From contig NC_043001.1 of NCBI RefSeq assembly GCF_006345805.1, positions 90,210,001 through 90,274,000 of the forward strand: 64,000 bases of DNA. The letters are read 5' to 3'. The first letter of the stretch is position 1. Each line of letters opens with the position of its first letter. Positions 28,426 to 40,226 of this stretch are shown here, one piece after another. Source of the DNA: Octopus sinensis (taxonomy: Eukaryota). The notes below the pieces were generated by a model. It worked only from the letters and a program-made list of their open reading frames with translations, was not told where the DNA came from and ran no database searches. A program made the position numbers and the translations under genes.

Positions 28426-28783
28426 TTTTCTTTTATTCCTTTCTGTCGAAGAGCTTAGGCTCGAAACGTAAAATACTTTTTCATTTTCCGGAGCGTGAAA
28501 CTAATACACCAATCTTCGTCTTTTATTTTTCTATAAATTTCAACTATATATTATGCCGATGAAGGAAATGAATATGTATAATTCTAATCCAAAAACGCGT
28601 CAATAATTAATTGTAGACTGTTTGATTTCGTTATTTTTTCTTCTCTTTGCCTATGTAAGTTACAAATATTGTTGTCTGTAGAGTCATATTTGTAGTTAAA
28701 AGAATTAGCTGTCTTTTGGCTGCTATTTCTAAATTTTCGGTATGTGATGAAGCAACTTGTTGCTAAACCCTTAATTATATTTG

Positions 28784-28845
<62 letters not shown>

Positions 28846-28959
28846 AGTGATCACCGTGACCGACCAGGCTATCAGATGTTGCTACACATCGCTGGTCACA
28901 ATGCGCTTCTCATTGTTTTAGCCTTCAAATGACGCCACGCCGATGGCTAAGCGAGCAGG

Positions 28960-29014
<55 letters not shown>

Positions 29015-29282
29015 GTATATATATCATTTACAAACACAGAGTGAGAGAGAGGAGAAGAAAGTTGGAGAGAGAGAGAAAGTGAGAGGTAGGGCGAAAGAGC
29101 GAGTAAGAGTGAGAGGAGGTGGAGAATGTGGAGCGAAATTATTTCAAAAGCATTGATTTTCATTTCAAAACAGTACGGAGAGCAAGAATATGGCGAAACA
29201 TACCCTGCGTAGCAGACGATTAGCAAACAGATGACAATAGTAATCATTTAGCTGTTACAATACCTGTTACATATATTTATTT

Positions 29283-29492
29283 ATTTATTGCCGACAGAGG
29301 GCAAACAAGAACAGACAAAGGGATGAAATCGATTACATCGACCTCAGTGCATAACTGGTACTTATTTAATTGACCCCGAAAGTATGAAAGGCAAAGTCAA
29401 CCTCGGTGGAATTTGAACTCAGAACGTAACGGCAGACGAAATACCGCTAGGCATTTCGCCCGGCATACTAACGATTCTGCCAGCTCGCCGTC
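29283..29492 (-). mobile_element. SINE family B, full length
   Basis: Reverse complement of the 37536 copy. Confidence 0.85.
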
Positions 29493-29619
29493 GTACATGT
29501 TACATATATTGATTAAGAATGAATGTGAGAGGTAGCTATACGTGGCCACACACCTTGACAGAAAAAATAACCAAATCTTCCTCAAATTACAATATGTTTG
29601 ATCCCTGTTAAAAATTTAA

Positions 29620-29975
29620 ACAGCCACTAACTTGAAGCACAACCTGCTAAATATTGTTCTGTGCGACCAAACGGAAAATTTATGTTCTATTGAGGAAATC
29701 AGCTGCTACCTGAACATCAATGTGGTTAGAGAAATAAGGAAGAAAGAAAACATATATGGCCCATTGGAAATGAATTTAAAAATGCAGGACCCATGATACA
29801 CTTTCAGCTTCATACCTATTATTGTTCGAGCAACAGGATACATACCAATCCGTCTGGAGCAAAGTATGAACTTGGGATACTGAGAAGAGGGCGCAAATGT
29901 GTAATCCATACGCTGGAAATGACCGCGAATCTGGGAGTATAGAAATGTGCAAAACTTCCTTAAGATTTAAAGGAC
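29620..29975 (+). pseudogene. 3' remnant of RLE (restriction-like endonuclease) non-LTR retrotransposon
   Basis: Translates to IEEISCYLNINVVREIRKKENIYGPL...FSFIPIIVRATGYIP...GSIEMCKTSLRF, similar to the remnants at 59.3 and 61.9 kb. Confidence 0.6.
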
Positions 29976-30658
29976 GATGGTTAAATCAAGATTCTTTCCT
30001 TCATAACCTTGCTATCAAGTATGTGGCAGGTGAAAACATATTCATAGTAAAAAAAAAAGTAAGGGGACATACATACATACATGCATACATACATACATAC
30101 ATACATACATACATACATACATACTACATACATACATTCATACATACATACATACATACATATGCATATATACATGCACGATTGTTCAGTTATATACTAT
30201 ACACATGCAATTACATCTTGCTTTCGGGAACAGCTGAGAAAAGAGAAGGTGGCTGAGAACTAAAGAATGTTACGACAGTAAAAAGCAAGAAGCGAAAGAG
30301 AGATAGAGAGGCAGAAAGTTTGATAGATGTTTTTGCATATGGGAAGAGGGAGAGAGAAAGAAAAGAAGATATATATATATATATATAGTGAGAGAGAGAG
30401 AGAGAGAATACTATTGCCATCAATGAGGCTATTTACATTAGCTATCTTTCGAACCGAAAACTAACCCGAGACACGAATTTATAATAGATGTCGCTTTTAA
30501 GAGTAATCGATTCAGTTAAATATTTTCTCAGTATTCGGTTTCCGTCATCATGGCATTATGAATTAAATCAGCTAATGGCTGAACACTACAATTGAATAGT
30601 ATGTTTTTTTTCTCCATATACATAGCAAATGAATGAAATACGTCAATTAAGCAGACAC

Positions 30659-30711
<53 letters not shown>

Positions 30712-30715
<4 letters not shown>

Positions 30716-30837
30716 CGCATATTTGTCATTTGAATATGGCAAACCCCTAAGGGTGGATGCTACTGTAGTTTGTAGCCCCAGGAAGATAGCATCCACCCTT
30801 AGGGGTTAGCCATATTCAAATGGCAAATATGCGTCAC
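30712..30837. repeat. Hairpin/TIR-only element: 51-bp arms, 2 mismatches, 24-nt loop, next to (TA)n
   Basis: 30712-30762 vs 30787-30837. Confidence 0.9.
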
Positions 30838-31136
30838 GATGTGTTACCGCTACTGTTTATAACTCGCTCTGAGATTTATCATTGCTTATATATATATATA
30901 TATATATATAATAATAATAGTAATAATAATAATAATAATAATAATTATTATTATCATTATTATTACTATTATTATTATCATCATCATCATCATCATCATC
31001 ATCATTATTATAATAATTATTATTATTATTATTATTATTTCATTTATTGGCACTAGGGCTGCAAAATAGGGGACAATACAGTAGATGTGGATAGTGGTCA
31101 GCAGTAAAGTCCTTTAACTCTTTGCACTTTTACCAG

Positions 31137-31735
31137 TTAGGGGCAGCAAACGCGAAAACGAGTAAGTTCTCCACAAACGAAACAGTGCGGCCTTTTGCCC
31201 TCAGTCATTATGTTCTGGAGACGTATGTGGTTCGGGATTTTTTTTATGTTTTCAGGCCTGATCAGGAGAAATATCTCTAGGTCAGACCCGGACGAGTCCC
31301 CCCTGGCATATCTTGCCACCTCTATTGGGACGGTAACCGTCCCCTCCACAATTACGCATCTCAGAAGTTACCACATGTCAAGTCTTGGTGGGATCCTAGG
31401 AATGCGGACATGTGCTGTACGTTTCCCCATGTGAGAGAGGCACATAATGATTTTGCTGGTCTTTCAAGGTGTCATTAAATGTTTCAAAGCGAGGGCTTCT
31501 GACTTAAACAGCACTGAAATGGTGTCGTATTGTTTGCTCCTCGCAATGTACTCGATGTCATCTCTGATGCACTTCAGCACCGCTTCAGTATCTACTTGGG
31601 CTATTAAAGCTGCTCTTTTTGTCTCTGCTGAGATGCATCTGAAAAGCACCGTTCTTTTCTCCACTCCTTCAATTGCCTGTGACGGAATAGTTAAGTTGAC
31701 CCAGGTTTGTTCTTGTTTAATCAGTTTCCATGTCT
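31137..31735 (-). pseudogene. Decayed gag-like/ORF1 protein of an L1/Tx1-like retroelement
   Basis: Joined frames read ...MGKRTAHVRIPRIPPRLDMW*LL...IMTEGKRPHCFVCGELTRFRVCCP, ending in a degenerate CX2CX4HX4C knuckle. Confidence 0.5.
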
Positions 31736-31839
31736 AGGTCAACATTTCATCTCTATTTCTGAGGTCCACGGTAAATCGTAGCTTCTTTTCGCTACTGGTG
31801 CCGCGAACGTGCTTTTGTTGTTGGTAATATTCTCGTTGT

Positions 31840-32034
31840 TGTTGTTGTTGTTAATGCTGCTGTTGCTACTGCTACTGCTGCTACTACTGCCGCCGCCGTT
31901 GTTGTTGTCATCTTTGTCCTTGTTGATGTTGTTGGTGTTGGTTTTGTTGCTACTGCTATTATAACTTTTGTCGTTGTTGTTGCCATCGCTGCTGCCGCTA
32001 CTGTTGCTGTCTCTTTCATTGTTATTGTTGTTGT

Positions 32035-32077
<43 letters not shown>

Positions 32078-32217
32078 GCAGCTGCTACTACTGCTGTTAC
32101 TACTACTACTACCACTACTACTGTTAATATGAGGTGGACTTTCTACTGCTCTAGTCTCGTTTTTCTTCTCCCCTTTTCCTGTACTGTTGCCAGTAACGTA
32201 GGGAAGTAATGTCAAAG

Positions 32218-32257
<40 letters not shown>

Positions 32258-32286
32258 CCCAATAATAATAATAATAATAATAATAA

Positions 32287-32317
<31 letters not shown>

Positions 32318-32364
32318 AAAGAAGAAGAAGAAGAAGACGAACAACAACAACAACAACAAAAATA
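31840..32364. repeat. Compound triplet/dinucleotide microsatellites (GTT, CTA, CT, AAT, AAG, AAC)
   Basis: Direct reading. Confidence 0.9.
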
Positions 32365-34147
32365 ATGACAACTAATTTGTTAAACGAAACCATCATGGGT
32401 TATAGGTGCTACGGACAAAAATTAAACCATCTCCTGTACATGGATATCCTAAAACCTTACGCTAAAAGCACCATAGAACAGAGAAACCTTATCAAAATTG
32501 TTCAGAGTTTCTGCAATGACATCGGAATAAGCATGATGCCGGGCAAATGTGCCGAAGTCACACGGAGAACACTGCACTCGACATAGACACAGAAATTAGA
32601 GAATTAGACACCAACCGCCCTTACAAATATTTAGGAATAGAAGAAATAGCTAAAATACTACGCACAGAAATGAAAGAGAAAATTAAGAGAGAGTATTACA
32701 GAAGAGTTAGACTAAAATTAAGCACTGAACTTAATGCTAAAAATAAGATAATAGGGATGACCACGTTAGCCATAGCAGTCATAAATTACAACTTTATCAT
32801 AATAAACTGGAAGATCAGTGAATTGACAAACCTAGACAGAAAGACCAGAAAACTACTAACAGCATTCCCAAGTCACCACCATGAAGTAGACACAGACAGA
32901 ATATATCTACCCCGCTTAGAAGGAAGCCTTGGCCTGATACAGAGAGAAAACTACTATAAAATAACAACAGTTGGACGAGCAAAGTACTTAGAAACAACGA
33001 GGGGAAGACTGATGCATGTAGTAAAGCAACACGAGAAAAAGAAAACGATTTTCTCTATACACACGGAAGCGACAAAATATAGAACAGAAGCAAATTACAC
33101 TGACACACTGACCTCAGATGATAACATAGTAGAAATGGTCAGAGAGACAAAAAACAACATGAAAACTGAATTACAAAAGATTCTAAAGAATAATTGGAGA
33201 GAAAAATCACTTCATGGCTAGTACCCCGCAAAGCTTCACAGAGAGGGAGTGAGCTTAAGTAAAAGCCAACAATGGATCAAAAGCCCTGAACTAAAAGCCG
33301 AAACGGAAGGACTGGTTCTTGCTGCACAAGCCCAGGTCCTGACTACAATAATAAAAACAAAATGATGAAAACAGGCCTCAAGACTAAATGCATAATATGC
33401 AACCAGCACAGTGAACCAGTTGACCACATCATCTCGGACTGCACAGTCCTTGCCAAGTCTGAATTGCAGTCCCTTCTGATAAAAATATTGTCAAAAAAGA
33501 AGTGGAGAAATTGTCGATGTACAAAGACCTCGAAATTGAAGTATTCAAAATGTGAGGCATGAAGGTAAAAACAATACCAATAAGAGAGTATTGTAGTTCG
33601 CTTGAAGCATTGTGTATTGTTTGTAAAGAATAAAAAGATTTGAATGGCACAACCATGCACTATAATTAAACAATGGGCTATATACCTGTTATAATTTAGT
33701 CATCCATAGTCTGATATGATATTTCGGAATAAAATTCCTTCTTCAGATATTCTTAGATGGAGTCGCTACTGTAATCGGTTTTCTTGAGACCACTGCTGAG
33801 ACGCTTCAAAAAAATAATAAAAAGAAAAGCCGTTAGAAAACTGATTATAGCAACGACTCCATCTAAGAATATCTGAAGAAGGAATTTATTCCGAAATATA
33901 TCAGACTATGGATGACTAAATTACAACAGTATATAGCCCATTGTTTGAATTATAGTGTATTGTTGTACCATTCAAAACTTTTTATTCTTTAATACCAATA
34001 ATAATAACTAAATCATTAGGCATGATAAAGAATCATATGAACAAAAATGTAGAAACTATACCTGGATCCTCATCACTACACACTGTCCAAAGAATAGCCC
34101 TGCTAGGAACAGCCCGCGTCCTACGCAAGACACTGTCAATCCAATAA
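32365..34147 (+). mobile_element. 5'-truncated R4/Dong-type RLE LINE, decayed, interrupted at 33583-33990
   Basis: HLLYMDILK (YMDD motif), YKYLGI, SQQWIKSPELKAETEGLVLAAQ, CIICNQHSEPVDHIISDC zinc finger, RIALLGTARVLRKTLSIQ* C-terminus; colinear with 54.6-56.2 kb. Confidence 0.9.
33583..33990. mobile_element. Foldback insertion with ~160-bp inverted arms and a 10-bp flanking direct repeat AATACCAATA
   Basis: Arms 33624-33784 and 33835-33991; direct repeat at 33573-33582 and 33991-34000; the LINE frame resumes after it (TIPII...LGMIK). Confidence 0.8.
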
Positions 34148-34658
34148 TACAACCTAAACAAGACAATAAAAAAAGACATACTATACGGCATTTACTTAGT
34201 GAAATAAACTCCCACTAGCAAGCCAGAAGGCTAAAGCATTACACACTCAACACATAATACGAGCCGTAACACAATAAAAGACAGCACTACACCTCAACGA
34301 AAAAAGCTAGCACAATACAGTACAGGGAAGAGTTCGCACACTCCCAACAGCAGAAAAACACACACCCAATGCTACACACCAGCAACACGGAAGTGTAACA
34401 GGTGATGCAGTGGAAATTTGACTCAATCTACTAAATTTGCAGTCATATTAATAGTTAAATGGCATAAACAGTTGAAATTGTGTTTGCTGTTCTGAAGAAC
34501 AAAACGGTAAAGTGGACATTGTTAAAACAAAATGATATTTTGCACGGTCTTTCTCCATCCGACAGATAGACACACTATGCACATGCTCGTGTGCACATAT
34601 TCTTACACAAACGCATATGCGCACAATCATATGTATATATTTTCATATGTGTGCATGT

Positions 34659-34697
<39 letters not shown>

Positions 34698-34777
34698 GCA
34701 CACACACATATAATACTTATCTGTCTGTCTATCTGTCTGTGTGTTTGTCTATCTGTTCCTCTGTTTGTCTGTCTATG

Positions 34778-34829
<52 letters not shown>

Positions 34830-34890
34830 ATCTATCTATCTATCTATCTATCTATGTATCTATCTATATATCTATCTATCTATCTATCTA

Positions 34891-34927
<37 letters not shown>

Positions 34928-34992
34928 GAATATTCATATGAATATATGTGTGTGTGCTTACGTATGTGTTCACGTGCGTGTGTGGTTGTGTA

Positions 34993-35024
<32 letters not shown>

Positions 35025-35590
35025 TGTGTTTAAACGAAAACACTAAATGCAGACAAAACAAACAGTCATTATTTCTATTGTTTTCACTGAAAAGTTTACT
35101 GGATCTAAACAGAATTTTACTGAGCATACAAGACTTCCCTCGGGGTAGTAATAATTCCCAACAACACAAAGATAACAAACATTTGTTGTCCGTGCATACA
35201 ATGAAAACATAGGGAATATTATGACTATTATTAATTTACGCGAGTAGGGCCGGCTTAAGCTGAAACAAAAGGACAAAGATATGATTTAATTGATCCAAAT
35301 TAGCTATAATCTATATAAGAATAGAAATGACCGTTGGGAGGGGGATAACAACTGCATTAAGAACAGCCTACATTAACCCATAAACTTTTAATATCATTGT
35401 AAAATCTGACAAAAATAAATACTTGGAATAAAATGTTCTTTTTACAAATATGTGACTTTCCGCAGTGATGCAAATATATGCTAAATGCAAGTTCAAACGC
35501 ACTGTCTTTCCCTGTCTGTCTGTCTGTCTGTCTGCCTCTCTCTCTCTTTCTGCCTTTCTTTCTCATTATCACTCTGTTCTTCATTCAACT

Positions 35591-35668
<78 letters not shown>

Positions 35669-36565
35669 CGTATCTATTTGTCTGTTTGTCTGTCTATCGA
35701 TATGTATGACAAGACATAAATAATGGTCATTACATATTTCTTCATTTTAGGCTCATTATTTATGTGTTTACTCATTTGATCCATGGATCGGTTGAGACAA
35801 ATTGAACGACCTAGAGAGTTAATAATGATTTCGTCAATGTGTGTGTATGTGTGTTTGAACTGCATTTTATTTGTACATGACGTATTAACGACAAAACTCT
35901 ATACAAACCTAATCTTTTTTTTTATGTTTCATCATAGTCGTATTGGCTTATCTGATCCTCGTAATTTATATGGAATAATAGTTTCCAAATCCACTTCATG
36001 AAGATTTTTAGATTGCCTCAGCCTCATCTTCAGGAAATGGAATAGTGCTTCCTTCTGTACAGTCTCTTATCATGATGGCCAGATTTTGTTTCTGATAGTC
36101 AGAAATTTGTTTGCGTAGATTTTTTTACTGATAGAAACTGACCGACAGAACGTTAAGTTCCACGTCTTCGTTTATGTGTTCATTGTGATAGAGGAATAAA
36201 TTTGAGAGCGAGCAAGTTAGGTCAGTCGATATACAAAAAATGGACTCCCTAAAACGCTTACTCAACCGTTTTAATTCCTGATATAATTTGTATTCTGTGT
36301 AAGTCGGACATTTTTATACGTATACGTATGTACATTTTTGTATTAAACGTATTTAATATTTTTTTTGTATATCGACTGATCTAACTTGCTTGTCCTTATA
36401 TTTGCTCCTCTATCTCTTGAACACTACGAAATGTATTCTAAACAGAGAATACTTGTCTCTAATCTATAAATTATATGTCTTGTTTCTGATATACATATTT
36501 ATATATACATACATAGATATACACGCAGACACAGACAAGTAGAAAGAGACACACACACACACAGC

Positions 36566-36929
36566 TACTTGTTTCAGTCCTTAGACCGTTGCCAAGCAGG
36601 GGCACTGCCTTGAAGAATTTTAGTTGAACGAATCAACACCAGCCTGGTACTTATTCTGTCTTATTCCATCGGTTTCTTACAGTGAACCGCTAAGTCATGG
36701 TGCATAAACACACCAACACTGGTTGTCAAGCGATGGTGGTGGACAAAAAGACTTAAAGACACGCGCACAAAATGCGCGCGCGCACGCACACATAAACACA
36801 CACATATCTATGCCGCCCTTCTTTCAGTTTTCATATACCAAATCCACTCTTAAGGATTTGCCTAAATTGTAACTGAACCAGGAACTATGTGGTTGGGAAG
36901 CTTCTTACCACACAGCTACACACACGCCT
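36566..36929 (-). mobile_element. SINE family A
   Basis: CTTGTTTCAGTC tail; GAACCAGGAACTATGTGGTTGGGAAG head. Confidence 0.75.
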
Positions 36930-37067
36930 GAGCGGATCTCAGAATTAAACAGCCGAAATCTGCGATGAGGGATCAGTTTCTGACTGAAGAATGAAGGCTT
37001 TGAATGACCCGTTTGTCTTTCTGTTTGTCCCTTCGTGTATTTCACGTTATTTATTTATGTAAAGGTT

Positions 37068-37105
<38 letters not shown>

Positions 37106-37428
37106 GTTTGGATTAACTACATATATATGTATATATATATATATGTATGTTTACGCGTTTTAGAAGCTGTTTTAAGAATGATATATATTGCTGATTACGC
37201 AAGTTCTTTGAACAATAGCAATCATTAGATATTGAAACATATCTGATCACACAATCTCATCTTTTGAATTTTTAAGTTGAGAAATAATAGAATATAATCT
37301 CAATAGGAAAACATTGTCAATCTGAACATAAAGATAGCTAAAAGTGGTTTAGTCATAAAACAATGAAAGACTCTTTATGTAAGCCATGCATATATGCATA
37401 TCTATATATCTATCTATCTATCTATCTA

Positions 37429-37492
<64 letters not shown>

Positions 37493-37535
37493 AATCTATT
37501 CATCCATCTATCTATTCTATCTATTCTATCTATCT

Positions 37536-37908
37536 GAAAGGCGGCCAGCTGGCAGAAACGTTAGCACGCCGGGCGAAATGCTTAGTGGTATTTCGTCTGC
37601 CGTTACGTTCTGAGTTCAAATTCTGCGGAGGTCGAATTTGCCTTTCATCCTTTTGGGGTCGATACATTAAGTACCAGTTACGCACTGGGGTCGATGTAAT
37701 CGGTTTAATCCGTTTGTCTGTCCTTGTTTGTCCCCTCTGTGTTTGACCCTTTGTGGGTAGTAAAGAAATAGGTATTTCGTCTGTCGTTACGTTCTCAGTT
37801 CAAATTCCGCCGAGGTCGACTTTGCCTTTAATCTTTCGGGTCGATAAATAAAGTACCAGTCCTTGTTTGTCCCCTCTATATTTAGCCACTTGTGGGCAGT
37901 AAAGAATA
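37536..37908 (+). mobile_element. SINE family B, full copy plus tandem truncated copy
   Basis: GGCGGCCAGCTGGCAGAAACGTTAG head; second copy starts at GGTATTTCGTCTG ~37771. Confidence 0.9.
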
Positions 37909-37931
37909 TATTCTATCTATGTGTATGTATA

Positions 37932-37976
<45 letters not shown>

Positions 37977-38147
37977 TGCTTTTTATACGTACACACGCTG
38001 ATATATGACCTACGTTGAACTCCATATTCGCATAATCACCGAACCTGGAGCTTAACTATGGTCTATCCATAGCACTTACTCAGCATTAACTGACACCTTT
38101 GGGTTTTACTGACACCGTTACCTCTCATAACCTGCTATATATATAGT

Positions 38148-38533
38148 GGAGGCGTAATGGCCCAGTGGTTAGGGCAGCGGACTCGCTGGTCATAGGATCG
38201 CGGTTTCGATTCCCAGACCGGGCGTTGTGAGTGTTTATTGAGCGAAAACACCTAAAAGCTCCACGAGGCTCCGGCAGGGGATGGTGGTGATCCCTGCTGT
38301 ACTCTTTCACCACAACTTTCTCTCACTCTTACTTCCTGTTTCTGTTGTACCTGTATTTCAAGGGGCCGGCCTTGTCACTCTCTGTGTCACGCTGAATATC
38401 CCCGAGAACTACGTTAAGGGTGCACGTGTCTGTGGAGTGCTCAGCCACTTACACGTTAATTTCACGAGCAGGCTGTTCCGTTGATTCGGATCAACCGGAA
38501 CCCTCATCGTCGTAACCGACGGAGTGCTTCCAT
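38148..38533 (+). mobile_element. tRNA-derived SINE (family D)
   Basis: GGAGGCGTAATGGCCCAGTGGTTAGG box A, GGTTTCGATTCCC box B; head shared with the 58829 copy. Confidence 0.85.
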
Positions 38534-38537
38534 CAAT

Positions 38538-38576
<39 letters not shown>

Positions 38577-38586
38577 TGTATATATA

Positions 38587-38750
38587 TCTATTATATAAAA
38601 TCCGTTCTGTCTGTGTGTGTGTGTGTCTTTTAGGATCTCGGGCATCCTCCATCCGATTGCGCTCAAATTTGATATGTAGATACCGACGGTATCAGCGCGT
38701 GTATAAATCTTGAAAAACTTACAAAAATCGATTCCAGGTGAGAATCTTAC
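38587..38750 (+). mobile_element. Probable Helitron 5' fragment
   Basis: TCTATTATATAAAATCCGTTCTGTCTGTGTGTG resembles the 5' end architecture of the 16773 Helitron. Confidence 0.45.
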
Positions 38751-39471
38751 TGTTTAAACCATGTTTGTGTTCTCCCAGTCAACAGTCTTATTACTGGTAC
38801 TTTAAACTCTTCGGTTACATATTTGTGTGAATAAAATCGTTTTTCTTTGGAATAGAAAAAAATTATATCTTTATTTCTTCTTTTGCTGGTGTCTCAAATT
38901 TTGGTTGAATCAGTTTTTCTCAAAAGAGAGTCCTATGGGACGGTCGGACAAGTTGTTTTGAGAAAATTTGGTTTAAATGTTTACCAACTCAGCACCGTCC
39001 GTTGGACGGAGGGCGTTTTGCTCGTATATGTTTGTGTGTGTGTGTGTGTGTGTGCGTGTGTGCGTGCGTGTGCGGATGTGTGTGTGTGTGTGTGTGCGGG
39101 TGTGTGTGCGCGCACAAGTATGTAAGTAAATATGTGCGCATATGCAAGTATGATCTATATATAAATACACACACACACACTAACACACACACACACACGC
39201 ACACACACACACACACATATATATATTTATAATATATATATATATGTATATATATATAGCAATAATAATTCTCTAAATGAGATATAGACAGTGACTGCTC
39301 CATAATATAAGGGACATTAGCCAACTGAATATGGCTAGGGACAGGGCAGGGTGGTGGGGTGTCACTGTTGCATTTAGCCCCAGGCGAACATCAACGTCAC
39401 CAGATAGGCCGACGCCATCACGGCGTCCTCTATCTTGCAAAGGGAGATCATTCCCCAAAAAGCGGATGCCA

Positions 39472-39517
39472 CACACGGACCTAGGTTTCAAGGTGTATTG
39501 CCTATTATCAACGTGTG
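39472..39517 (-). ncRNA. Type I hammerhead ribozyme motif, U3-A8 variant, copy 1
   Basis: CACACG TTGATAA TAGGCAATACACCTT GAAA C CTAG GTC CGTGTG. Confidence 0.7.
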
Positions 39518-39826
39518 GTAGGCACCGCCTCTCGACGAACGACTCACTGTGCAAGATATATATAAAGATTTTCAAGTAAATACATTTACTGATTTCGAAA
39601 ATCTGTTAGACAGCAATAATAATTCTCTAAATGAGATATAGACAGTGACTTCTCCATAATATAAGGGACATTAGCCAACTGAATATGGCTAGGGACAGGG
39701 CAGGGTGGTGGGGGTGTCACTGTTGCATTTAGCCCCAGGCGAACATCAACGTCACCAGATAGGCCGACGCCATCACGGCGTCCTCTATCTTGCAAAGGGA
39801 GATCATTCCCCAAAAAGCGGATGCCA

Positions 39827-39872
39827 CACACGGACCTAGGTTTCAAGGTGTATTGCCTATTATCAACGTGTG
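39827..39872 (-). ncRNA. Type I hammerhead ribozyme motif, U3-A8 variant, copy 2
   Basis: Identical to copy 1, offset 355 bp. Confidence 0.7.
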
Positions 39873-40180
39873 GTAGGCACCGCCTCTCGACGAACGACTC
39901 ACCGTGCAAGATATATATAAAGATTTTCAAGTAAATACATTTACTGATTTCGAAAATCTGTTCGACAGCAATAATAATTCTCTAAATGAGATATAGACAG
40001 TGACTGCTCCATAATATAAGGACATTAGCCAACTGAATATGGCTAGGGACAGGCAGGGTGGTTGGGGGTGTCACTGTTGCATTTAGCCCCAGGCGAACAT
40101 CAACGTCACCAGATAGGCCGACGCCATCACGGCGTCCTCTATCTTGCAAAGGGAGATCATTCCCCAAGAAGCGGATGCCA

Positions 40181-40226
40181 CACACGGACCTAGGTTTCAA
40201 GGTGTATTGCCTATTATCAACGTGTG
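40181..40226 (-). ncRNA. Type I hammerhead ribozyme motif, U3-A8 variant, copy 3
   Basis: Identical to copy 1, offset 709 bp. Confidence 0.7.

Noticed and set aside
31739-32371. 210-aa minus-strand ORF
   Set aside because: Composed of triplet microsatellites; only a short stretch is complex sequence
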